Shown here piece by piece: positions 8,195-15,482 of a stretch of 48,961 bases of DNA. Positions within the stretch are counted from its first letter, which is position 1. The number at the start of each line of letters is the position of its first letter. Under the pieces are notes generated by a model, which saw only the letters and a program-made list of their open reading frames with translations, had not been told where the DNA came from and ran no database searches. This DNA is from Candidatus Staskawiczbacteria bacterium RIFOXYC1_FULL_38_18 (GTDB lineage: Bacteria; Patescibacteriota; Minisyncoccia; Minisyncoccales; Staskawiczbacteraceae): positions 1-48,961 of the forward strand of contig MHPP01000024.1 in NCBI GenBank assembly GCA_001822095.1, written 5' to 3'. A program made the position numbers and the translations under genes.

Positions 8195-9142
8195 ATGAAT
8201 ACATTAATTAAAAAGTCAACAATTGCAATATTAACCTTGGCAGTGGTGGGAATAACAGCCATGCCTTTAATGGCAAGCGCCGACAGCTTTGTGCGCATTA
8301 GAAACGGAGTAAACAGCGTTGTTATTCGGTCAAATGTGGGAGAAAACGGAAATATGGTGTCAATTAACGGCGTTACGCTCAATAACACCGCCGCCCAAGA
8401 CGCCCGCAAAACATATAACACAGCAGTAAAAAACGCCAATAAGACTTATACGGATGCAAGAAAATCAGCCCGCGATAAAATGAGAACCGCATTATCTTCT
8501 GCAGGAAACGACTTCTCAAAACGTATGACAGCCTACACAACATATTTGTCCGAAATTTTAGCGGCGTTTAACCAGAGGTCAACAGCCAAGGCAACCGCAT
8601 TGCAGGCTTATATCAACGCCCTTAAAGCAATACAGTCTTCTACAAACCAGGCTCCAACAGCAAACAACCAAAGCGTAAGCACAAATGAAGAAACGCCAAA
8701 AGCTATTACCCTAACAGGAAGCGACCCGGAAAGTTCAGCATTAACATACTCTGTTGTTGCAAACCCAAGCCACGGAGCATTGTCTGGCACAATACCAAAT
8801 CTGACTTACACTCCAGCAACAAATTATTCCGGCTCTGACAGCTTTACCTTCAAAGTTAACGATGGGACTCAAGACAGCAACACAGCGACAATTTCAATTA
8901 CGGTAATTGCCGTAAATGATGCGCCGGTAGCAACAGCCCAAAGCGCTTCATTAGCTAAAAACGTCTCATCGGCAATTACCTTAACAGGAAGCGACCCCGA
9001 AAACTCAACATTATCTTACTTTGTTGTAACAAACCCGGTTCACGGAACATTATCTGGCACAGTGCCAAACTTAACCTACTTGCCCGCAACAGATTACACC
9101 GGATCAGACAGTTCACCTTTAAGGTTAATGACGGAAGCTTAG
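8195..9142 (+). CDS. secreted tandem-95/cadherin-like repeat protein; its last repeat is broken by a frameshift (intact reading would end at 9183)
   Basis: Start MNTLIKKSTIAILTLAVVGITAMPLMASA (signal peptide). Two repeats follow: ITLTGSDPE.S.L.Y.VV.NP.HG.LSGT.PNLTY.PA..Y.GSDSFTFKVNDG...ISITV.AVNDAP. Confidence 0.7.
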   Translation: MNTLIKKSTIAILTLAVVGITAMPLMASADSFVRIRNGVNSVVIRSNVGENGNMVSINGVTLNNTAAQDARKTYNTAVKNANKTYTDARKSARDKMRTALSSAGNDFSKRMTAYTTYLSEILAAFNQRSTAKATALQAYINALKAIQSSTNQAPTANNQSVSTNEETPKAITLTGSDPESSALTYSVVANPSHGALSGTIPNLTYTPATNYSGSDSFTFKVNDGTQDSNTATISITVIAVNDAPVATAQSASLAKNVSSAITLTGSDPENSTLSYFVVTNPVHGTLSGTVPNLTYLPATDYTGSDSSPLRLMTEA

Positions 9143-9224
9143 ACAGCGCGGTAGCCACAGTTTCAATCACAGTAAATCCGTAAAAAATAAAAAAGTAGCA
9201 ATATAATTAAAAAAAATTAATAAC

Positions 9225-9467
9225 ATGAAAAAAGTAATTATTTTACCAGTTATATCTATAATGTTTATGATTTTTCTGGCTCCTCTAAGCTATGCATCGG
9301 CAATGGTTACGGCTAACAAAACAGTTGCAAAAATAGCACCGCATACCATAGCGTCGCAAACAAAGATAACAGATTCTTATGGTAACACGGTCACTATCAC
9401 AAAAACAGCCACAGCTTTTGCAACTCCCTACTACCGCGGAGTATTGGTAACCAGAACAGTGAGATAA
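9225..9467 (+). CDS. small secreted protein
   Basis: 80 aa with signal peptide MKKVIILPVISIMFMIFLAPLSYASA. A strong terminator follows. Confidence 0.5.
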   Translation: MKKVIILPVISIMFMIFLAPLSYASAMVTANKTVAKIAPHTIASQTKITDSYGNTVTITKTATAFATPYYRGVLVTRTVR

Positions 9468-9488
9468 TAAGCAATAGATCAAACAAAA

Positions 9489-9530
9489 AACCGCCCGACG
9501 TAAAAAAGTATAGGGCGGTTTTTTTGTTTT
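9489..9530 (+). terminator. intrinsic terminator
   Basis: aaccgccc ... gggcggtt stem followed by TTTTTTTGTTTT. Confidence 0.7.
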
Positions 9531-9557
9531 AAAAATAATATCAATACTGCCACCCCA

Positions 9558-9601
9558 TACTTACTCTATATACCTGCGATAGCATTTATACAGCGTAATC
9601 A
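9558..9601. repeat. direct repeat copy 1 (pairs with 10236-10280)
   Basis: CTTACTCTATATACCTGCGATAGCATTTATA + CGTAATCA is shared with copy 2, with 2-3 mismatches. Confidence 0.85.
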
Positions 9602-10177
9602 GTTTATCTTGAAAAACTTCTTATATTCCCCATCCTCCCCAATATCTTCAACCACCAACATTCTTATCTCTTTATCTGATAATCCAAAGAATGATTTTAG
9701 TATTTTTACTTCTTTCGCGCAGTTATATGGAATTACCCATACGCTTTTTTGCAACATAGTAAATCCCATGCTTATCAATTTTCCCCTCAACGCTTCTCTG
9801 TGCAATCTTTTTAGCTCGGTTATGTCAAACAACAGCACCCTCCATTTTCCATCCCACCTTTTTGGCTTGTTTATTTTTAAATTATCTACCTGCATCCATC
9901 CAGCTTTTTTCTTTCCTTTTTCGGTTAGAGAAACAAAGATTTGATTATTTTTTTCGTAAAAATTTACATATCCTTGTTCTTTAAGCCTATAAAAAGTGTC
10001 ATATACTTTTTTGCTTTTATACTTTTTCAAATCCTTAAAAACGCGTAATAAATTTTGTATAAAAAAGGGCGAAGTGGCTGCAATAGTTATCATTCCACCA
10101 AGCAATAATCCGGCCAGAATACATCCTGTTATTTCCGATGACTTTTTAAAACAATAATTATTTCTTTTAATATTCAT
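9599..10177 (-). CDS. PaaX-like regulator (wHTH + Cas2-like ferredoxin-fold domain) with N-terminal TM
   Basis: 192 aa. YRLKEQGYVNFYEKNNQIFVSLTEKGKK (wHTH), then WDGKWRVLLFDITE..R..LRGKLISMGFTMLQKSVWVIPY. Confidence 0.5.
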   Translation of the reverse strand: MNIKRNNYCFKKSSEITGCILAGLLLGGMITIAATSPFFIQNLLRVFKDLKKYKSKKVYDTFYRLKEQGYVNFYEKNNQIFVSLTEKGKKKAGWMQVDNLKINKPKRWDGKWRVLLFDITELKRLHREALRGKLISMGFTMLQKSVWVIPYNCAKEVKILKSFFGLSDKEIRMLVVEDIGEDGEYKKFFKIN

Positions 10178-10235
10178 AGCAAAAATTATTAAACATTATT
10201 AAGCGCAACGTTTATTAATAATACCACAACAAAAC

Positions 10236-10280
10236 CACTTACTCTATATACCTGCGATAGCATTTATATAACGTAATCAA
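10236..10280. repeat. direct repeat copy 2
   Basis: See copy 1. The repeats are 678 bp apart and bracket exactly one gene. Confidence 0.85.
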
Positions 10281-10294
10281 TAAATTTTGATTGC

Positions 10295-10323
10295 TTGACA
10301 ATTTTATTTTATTATCATAATGT
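10295..10323 (+). promoter_or_regulatory. sigma70 promoter for GC4 (TTGACA, 15-17 nt, CATAAT/TAATGT)
   Basis: TTGACA at 10295-10300. AT-rich spacer, then overlapping -10 candidates at 10316-10323. Confidence 0.5.
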
Positions 10324-10361
10324 ATTTGTAGTACCTCCTCACCCGTTACAAGGAGCCAAAA

Positions 10362-10664
10362 ATGGCGAAGCTAAAAATGAAAATGGCGATGTTGCTGATT
10401 CCGGCGGACGAAGTCATGAGCGACTTCTGCTACAACTTTGCCCGAACGCTCCTCAAAAAGCTAGTGCGTCTTGTCGCAGAAGACCGCGTATTCAAGGACA
10501 AAGTAGGCTCTCGCGGAAAGCTTACCGATATCGCATACGCAGTACTCCGTGCCCTTAGAAATCAGGTCAACCCTGCTACCGGGACTTCAACGATTTTTGA
10601 CAGAAAGGAGTTTGACGAATTCATGGCAACTGCCGATGAATTCCTCGCCATTTTCGAGGCCTAG
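10362..10664 (+). CDS. GC4: hypothetical protein (GC-rich cassette)
   Basis: 100 aa. AAGGAG at 10350-55, own promoter, and a strong terminator. Confidence 0.55.
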   Translation: MAKLKMKMAMLLIPADEVMSDFCYNFARTLLKKLVRLVAEDRVFKDKVGSRGKLTDIAYAVLRALRNQVNPATGTSTIFDRKEFDEFMATADEFLAIFEA

Positions 10665-10712
10665 ACCGACCAGCTCAAACACAACGCCTGGTCGTACTAC
10701 GGCCTAACGCAA

Positions 10713-10747
10713 AAGCGTCCCAATTTTATCAGGACGCTTCTTTTTTT
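10713..10747 (+). terminator. intrinsic terminator after GC4 (convergent with the clpB end)
   Basis: aagcgtcc (10713-20) / ggacgctt (10732-39) followed by CTTTTTTT. Confidence 0.7.
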
Positions 10748-10753
10748 ACATTT

Positions 10754-13459
10754 TTATTTTTTGGATTTTGCCAGCCTTTGGATATTTGGCGCCTTAGGAA
10801 GAATCTTTGGAGTCACAAAAGTAATTTTGCCCTCATTTGCATCAATCAAAACCCTATTACCTTCTGCAATTTCATTGGTAACAATTTTAATTGAAAGCGG
10901 GTCCAAAATTAACTTCTGGATTATTCTCTTTAAGGGGCGTGCGCCCAAATTCGGGTCAAAACCTTCTTTTACCAAAAGCTCTTTTGCCTTGTCGGAAATT
11001 TCAATCTTTATTTCTTTTGCCGCCAATCTCTTTTCAACTTTTGACAGCTCCAGGTCAACAATTTTCATTATCTGCGCTTTTTGCAGATAGTTAAAGATTA
11101 CAATCTCGTCAATTCTGTTTAGAAACTCAGGCCTAAATCCTTCTTTTAAGGACTCAAAAACTTTTTCCCTCATTGATTCCCTCTGGGCAACATCTTCTGA
11201 GGTGCCAAATCCGATAGACGACATTTTGTTGATGTAGTCAGACCCCATATTTGAAGTCATAATAATTATTGTGTTTTTAAAAGAAACCATTCTGCCCTTT
11301 GAATCCGTCAGCCGGCCGTCTTCAAAAATTTGCAATAAAATATTAAAAACATCGGGGTGCGCTTTTTCAATTTCGTCCAAAAGCAAAACAGAATACGGCC
11401 TTCTTCTTACTTTTTCTGTTAGTTGCCCGGCTTCTTCATATCCAACATAGCCAGGGGGCGAGCCGATAATTTTTGAAACAGTGTGACGTTCCATATATTC
11501 AGACATATCCAGCCGTATTAGCGCTTTTTCATCGTTGAACAAAAACTCTGCCAAAGCTCTTGCTGTTTCTGTTTTTCCAACTCCTGTTGGCCCCAAAAAA
11601 AGAAAAGATCCAAGGGGCTTGTTTTCTTCTGAAATACCTGCCCTTGCCCTGCGTATTGCTCTTGAAATTGCTGAAATTCCCTCGTCCTGCCCAATTACAC
11701 GCCTGTTTAAAACATCCTCCATTGCTTCTAATTTTTTTGATTCTTCGGTAACCAGTCGCATAACAGGAATTCCTGTCCAGCGCGAAACAACTTTGGCAAC
11801 TTCTTCTTCTGTAACTTCTTCTTTTAAAAATCTGTCTTCTTTTTGAATTTTAATAAGTTTTTGCTCGGTTTCAGAAATTTCTTTTAGCAATTCGGGAATT
11901 TTTCCATATTTTATTTCAGCAACTTTTTCCAAATCAGCTTCCCTCTGCGCAAGTTCTGTTTGATGCGAAAGCGCCTCAAGCTTTCGCCTGGCGTCTTTTA
12001 TTTTGTTAATCAATTCTTTTTCGGCTCCCCACCTTAACCTCAACGATTTTGTTTTTTCGTTTAAATCGGCCAACTCTCTAGCAATTATTTTTAACCTCCT
12101 TTCGCTTCCTTTTTCTTTTTTTAACGCCTGCTTTTCAATTTCGAGTTTTGTAATTTCTTCGTTAAATGTTTCGAGTTCCTGAGGGTCAGACTCAATTTCC
12201 AATCTTAGGGCGCTGGCGGCCTCGTCCATTAAATCAACTGCTTTATCGGGCAAAAACCTGTCGGCAATATATCGGCTTGCCAAATCAACAGCGGCTTTAA
12301 TTGCGGAATCTTTTATTCTTACCCCGTGGTGAACTTCATATTTTTCCTTAATTCCGCGTAAAATTGCGGTAGCGTCGTCAATGTTGGGCTCTTGCACATA
12401 AATGGGCTGAAACCTCCTTTCCAAAGCAGGGTCTTTTTCAATATACTTTTGATATTCTTTTAAGGTTGTTGCTCCAACTGCTCTTAATTCTCCGCGGGAC
12501 AAAGCCGGCTTCAACAAATTTGAAGCGTCAATTGCGCCCTCGGCAGCTCCGGCTCCCACCAGCGTGTGAAGTTCATCAATAAACAAAATGTATTTTCCCG
12601 AAGCCCTGTGCAATTCTTTCAGCAAAGCTTTAATTCTTGTTTCAAATTCCCCGCGGTATTTTGTGCCTGCAATAATTGCCCCCAAATCCAATGAAATAAC
12701 CTCTTTGTCCTTTAAAAATTCAGGCACGTTTCCTCTTGCAACTCTTTGGGCAAAACCCTCAACAATTGCTGTTTTTCCAACCCCCGCTTCTCCAATCAAA
12801 ACAGGATTATTTTTTGTCCTGCGGGAAATTATCTGCATCAACCTTCTTATTTCGTTATCTCTGCCAATTATGGGGTCAATTTTTCCGGCTACAGCCAAAT
12901 CAGTTAAATTTCTTGTATATTTTTCAATTACCTGATATTTTGATTCGGGCTCCGGGTCTGTAATTCTCTGCCCGCCCCTTAACTTCGCCAAAACTTTTAA
13001 AACGCCGTCGTAATCCAGCCTTGAAGTTTTTAGATTATTAACTTCGCCCGACGATAAAAAAGAAATCTTCTCCAAAACATCTTTTGCTGTTGACTTTGTA
13101 TCCAATAAAGCCAAAAACAAATGTTCAACAGAAATAAACTCATCGTTCATTTTTATTGCCTCCTGCCTTGCCTTGTCTAAAACCTTTGCCATATCCTGCG
13201 TAAGATAAAACTGCCCGAAGGCTTGCGGGGTTGAAACAACGGGAATTTTAGAAATTTGCGCCTCAACTTTCTTCTTTAAAACATCTGCATCAACTCCCAT
13301 TTTTTGCAAAATTGTTGCAATAATGCTTTGTTCCTGGTCAATTAAAGCCAAAAGCAAATGCAGGGCGTCTATCTGCGATTGCCCTTTTTCCTGCGCCAAT
13401 TGCTGTGCCTGCATTAATGCATCTTGGGCTTTGTTTGTAAAATTATTTCCTCCGTTCAT
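10754..13459 (-). CDS. clpB: ATP-dependent chaperone/disaggregase ClpB
   Basis: 901 aa. Clp_N repeats, two AAA+ modules ([13 protein letters not shown]; [15 protein letters not shown]), and a long middle coiled-coil. Confidence 0.95.
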   Translation of the reverse strand: MNGGNNFTNKAQDALMQAQQLAQEKGQSQIDALHLLLALIDQEQSIIATILQKMGVDADVLKKKVEAQISKIPVVSTPQAFGQFYLTQDMAKVLDKARQEAIKMNDEFISVEHLFLALLDTKSTAKDVLEKISFLSSGEVNNLKTSRLDYDGVLKVLAKLRGGQRITDPEPESKYQVIEKYTRNLTDLAVAGKIDPIIGRDNEIRRLMQIISRRTKNNPVLIGEAGVGKTAIVEGFAQRVARGNVPEFLKDKEVISLDLGAIIAGTKYRGEFETRIKALLKELHRASGKYILFIDELHTLVGAGAAEGAIDASNLLKPALSRGELRAVGATTLKEYQKYIEKDPALERRFQPIYVQEPNIDDATAILRGIKEKYEVHHGVRIKDSAIKAAVDLASRYIADRFLPDKAVDLMDEAASALRLEIESDPQELETFNEEITKLEIEKQALKKEKGSERRLKIIARELADLNEKTKSLRLRWGAEKELINKIKDARRKLEALSHQTELAQREADLEKVAEIKYGKIPELLKEISETEQKLIKIQKEDRFLKEEVTEEEVAKVVSRWTGIPVMRLVTEESKKLEAMEDVLNRRVIGQDEGISAISRAIRRARAGISEENKPLGSFLFLGPTGVGKTETARALAEFLFNDEKALIRLDMSEYMERHTVSKIIGSPPGYVGYEEAGQLTEKVRRRPYSVLLLDEIEKAHPDVFNILLQIFEDGRLTDSKGRMVSFKNTIIIMTSNMGSDYINKMSSIGFGTSEDVAQRESMREKVFESLKEGFRPEFLNRIDEIVIFNYLQKAQIMKIVDLELSKVEKRLAAKEIKIEISDKAKELLVKEGFDPNLGARPLKRIIQKLILDPLSIKIVTNEIAEGNRVLIDANEGKITFVTPKILPKAPNIQRLAKSKK

Positions 13460-13530
13460 GTTTATATTATTATAAATAAATATTAACTTTTTATTACTAA
13501 CAATACCATATTTTTATTACATTTTCAAGA

Positions 13531-13561
13531 TAAAAAAAGCTTTGCGGTATTACCGCAAAGC
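13531..13561 (-). terminator. intrinsic terminator after GC5
   Basis: Perfect 10-bp stem gctttgcggt/accgcaaagc followed on the minus strand by T7. Confidence 0.75.
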
Positions 13562-13870
13562 CTAGTGTACGCTGATTTGGGACTTGTCGTCGATCAAATA
13601 AAAACTATTAAAATTTATTTTCGGGTCACGACACACATGCGCAAGCTCTTCTAACTCCATTTCCCTAAACTCGCATTCGCAGATGTCTATGTCATTTGCC
13701 TCCGCGTAGCCCATAGCAAGTGCTTTAGTATCAAAAACAAAAGGAACCTGACGTTCACCTCCGCAGAGAATCTTACCATTACACAGCATTACTGTGTAAG
13801 GCTTTACATTAATTCTCGTTAAAGGCTTTACGCTACTTTTGACTCTTCTGTGCCCCATCATTTTTTGCAT
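13562..13870 (-). CDS. GC5: hypothetical protein (GC-rich cassette)
   Basis: 102 aa. GGGAGAG at 13875-81, with a consensus promoter and terminator. Confidence 0.6.
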   Translation of the reverse strand: MQKMMGHRRVKSSVKPLTRINVKPYTVMLCNGKILCGGERQVPFVFDTKALAMGYAEANDIDICECEFREMELEELAHVCRDPKINFNSFYLIDDKSQISVH

Positions 13871-13899
13871 TTTTCTCTCCCAGTAAAGGTACTAAAATA

Positions 13900-13928
13900 A
13901 ATATAGCACGGGTTAAATTTAGTGTCAA
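13900..13928 (-). promoter_or_regulatory. sigma70 promoter for GC5 (TTGACA-17-TATATT)
   Basis: TTGACA at 13928-13923 and TATATT at 13905-13900. Confidence 0.65.
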
Positions 13929-13931
13929 CTA

Positions 13932-13960
13932 TTGACATTGAGACTTGTATATGATATAAT
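13932..13960 (+). promoter_or_regulatory. consensus sigma70 promoter for GC6 (TTGACA-17-TGaTATAAT)
   Basis: TTGACA at 13932-37; extended -10 TGATATAAT at 13952-60. Back-to-back with the GC5 promoter. Confidence 0.7.
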
Positions 13961-14016
13961 TAATATATGGGGTGAATTCTAAAATCCCCTTAAAAAATCT
14001 ACAAAGGAGACCTGTA

Positions 14017-14343
14017 ATGTACATCGCGGTTGTGGCGGTTGAGCTGGCCATCATTTGCGTTTGGCAGATCTCTGTAATCTGTCAGCTCAAATGGGAGCTG
14101 GAGGCAAAGGAAAGAGCTGTGTGCAAACCAACTCTGCCCGTTTCTCTGTCTTCTTTTCCCGACGGCACATACCAGCGGGAAGTAGATCCTTACTTAAGGG
14201 TCTACAGAGAGATCCATGACATGAGCGGGCAAGTCATGGTTGGGCAAGCCAATCCTGGAGAGCTCCTATTCCAAAAAATTCTGGTCGAAAAAGGCCAGGT
14301 AATAGGAATTGAGGTTCTTCCCCGCCGACGGAGCCGGCGATAA
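14017..14343 (+). CDS. GC6: hypothetical membrane-anchored protein (GC-rich cassette)
   Basis: Internal ATG of track ORF 13972-14343, preceded by AAGGAGA (14004-10). N-terminal TM MYIAVVAVELAIICVWQISVI and an Arg-rich tail. Confidence 0.55.
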   Translation: MYIAVVAVELAIICVWQISVICQLKWELEAKERAVCKPTLPVSLSSFPDGTYQREVDPYLRVYREIHDMSGQVMVGQANPGELLFQKILVEKGQVIGIEVLPRRRSRR

Positions 14344-14360
14344 ACACAACTCCAATATAT

Positions 14361-14406
14361 CCAGCGCGATTCGCCTAAAAAACGGACGCGCTGGAATCCT
14401 TTTTTC
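14361..14406 (+). terminator. intrinsic terminator after GC6
   Basis: ccagcgcg/cgcgctgg stem (18-nt loop) followed by AATCCTTTTTT. Confidence 0.5.
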
Positions 14407-14488
14407 AAATCATTAGTCGAATAACGAATAACTATCAATTTTCTTTAGTGATTTGAAAAAAGGATTTTGCCGGATCCTAAAAATTTTA

Positions 14489-14518
14489 CAAAAAAAGACT
14501 GCTTCGGCAAAAGCAGTC
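14489..14518 (-). terminator. minus-strand hairpin + T7, lying in the 5-prime leader of GC7
   Basis: gactgctt-cggca-aagcagtc (14498-14518), preceded on the + strand by A-run 14490-97. It would stop minus-strand transcripts coming from GC8. Confidence 0.45.
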
Positions 14519-14544
14519 ATGGAGCCAACGCGGAGGATATCGCA

Positions 14545-14739
14545 ATGGCAATCGTTTTCGAGCGTGTTGACGGTCGGCTGGTGACGGTTCCGCAGATTCT
14601 CGCGCAAGTCGTTGCGCAGACCGACGAGATCGTCAAGAAGCCCAAACACCATGTTAAGGTCGCCCCGGAGCACGCTCCCATGGGAACGCGGTATGGCAAC
14701 CGCGGGGCGGAGAAGAAGCGGATGCTTCAACTCGCCTAG
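14545..14739 (+). CDS. GC7: small hypothetical protein (GC-rich cassette)
   Basis: 64 aa from an in-frame ATG, with GGAGG (14532-36) 8 nt upstream and a plus-strand terminator downstream. The antisense ORFs look like low-complexity artefacts. Confidence 0.35.
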   Translation: MAIVFERVDGRLVTVPQILAQVVAQTDEIVKKPKHHVKVAPEHAPMGTRYGNRGAEKKRMLQLA

Positions 14740-14771
14740 GCCCAGCGACCCACGACGAACAACTACAAGAG

Positions 14772-14805
14772 AGCCCACCACTAACAATGGTGGGCTAAAT
14801 TTTTA
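14772..14805 (+). terminator. intrinsic terminator after GC7
   Basis: 9-bp stem agcccacca/tggtgggct followed by AAATTTTTA. Confidence 0.5.
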
Positions 14806-14866
14806 CCCTTCGACAGGCTCAGGGCAGGCAAAAAAAGTGGCCAGGAAAACTGACCGCATAAGAGGC

Positions 14867-15139
14867 TTAATAGCCCCAAGAAAAAAAATCGTGCGCATCT
14901 TCAAAATCATGAATGTGCCGGCTATAAAATATATTTCCGCGCTGGCACTTTTTGACTCCGGGTTTTCTGCCAAAAACAAGAACGTCCAGCTCGTCTTCTA
15001 CAACCCCCAAGGCGGCAAGAACAACCCCGTCCCCGTTATGGGTTTTTTTCACCCTAACTTCAAATCCCCGGCCAGCTAAGTCTAACGCAACATGGCTTGC
15101 TGCTTGCTTGCCTGCGTTTTTTTCCATAAGAACAATCAT
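14867..15139 (-). CDS. GC8: small hypothetical protein (GC-rich cassette)
   Basis: 90 aa from the internal ATG (MIVLMEKNAGKQ...), with GGGAGG (15145-50) 5 nt upstream. Composition looks alpha/beta. The strand choice is less certain than for other cassettes. Confidence 0.45.
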   Translation of the reverse strand: MIVLMEKNAGKQAASHVALDLAGRGFEVRVKKTHNGDGVVLAALGVVEDELDVLVFGRKPGVKKCQRGNIFYSRHIHDFEDAHDFFSWGY

Positions 15140-15170
15140 GTTTTCCTCCCAAATTTTCAACGAGCAAAAG

Positions 15171-15197
15171 AAAAAACCCTCTTCTACGAGAAGGGGG
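15171..15197 (-). terminator. hairpin with flanking A/T runs immediately upstream of GC8 (terminator or attenuator; orientation ambiguous)
   Basis: ccctcttc-tacga-gaaggggg. Minus-strand reading is followed by TTTTTTCTTTT; plus-strand reading is followed by a weaker T-rich tract. Confidence 0.35.
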
Positions 15198-15356
15198 CTT
15201 GTCTTAATTTTTAATTTATAATTTTTAATTCTTAAACATTAAAACAAATCTCCTTCTCAAAGGGGCTAAAATAAAAGAAAAACCAATTATTTAATTTAAG
15301 ATTGTTTTGCTTGCTCATGTTATATTTTAGTCTACCAAAACAAAAACTCTTGTCAA

Positions 15357-15399
15357 TGGTATAATTATTGTTTGACTTTCTATATTGATATGGTATTAT
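15357..15399 (+). promoter_or_regulatory. tandem promoters for GC9: extended -10 TGGTATAAT, then TTGACT-16-TGGTATTAT
   Basis: TGGTATAAT at 15357-65; TTGACT at 15372-77; TGGTATTAT at 15391-99. Confidence 0.6.
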
Positions 15400-15482
15400 T
15401 ATCAATTGCTGAATTTCTCGGCAACCCGCAATGCGGGGCACATTTACATCTCTAAAACCCTTAAAAAGGGAAGGAGACAGTC

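Noticed and set aside
15232-15441. AT-rich 69-aa minus-strand ORF upstream of GC9.
   Set aside because: It coincides with the tandem GC9 promoters and has no start signals. Its composition (Asn/Lys/Phe-rich) is typical of translated AT-rich spacer.
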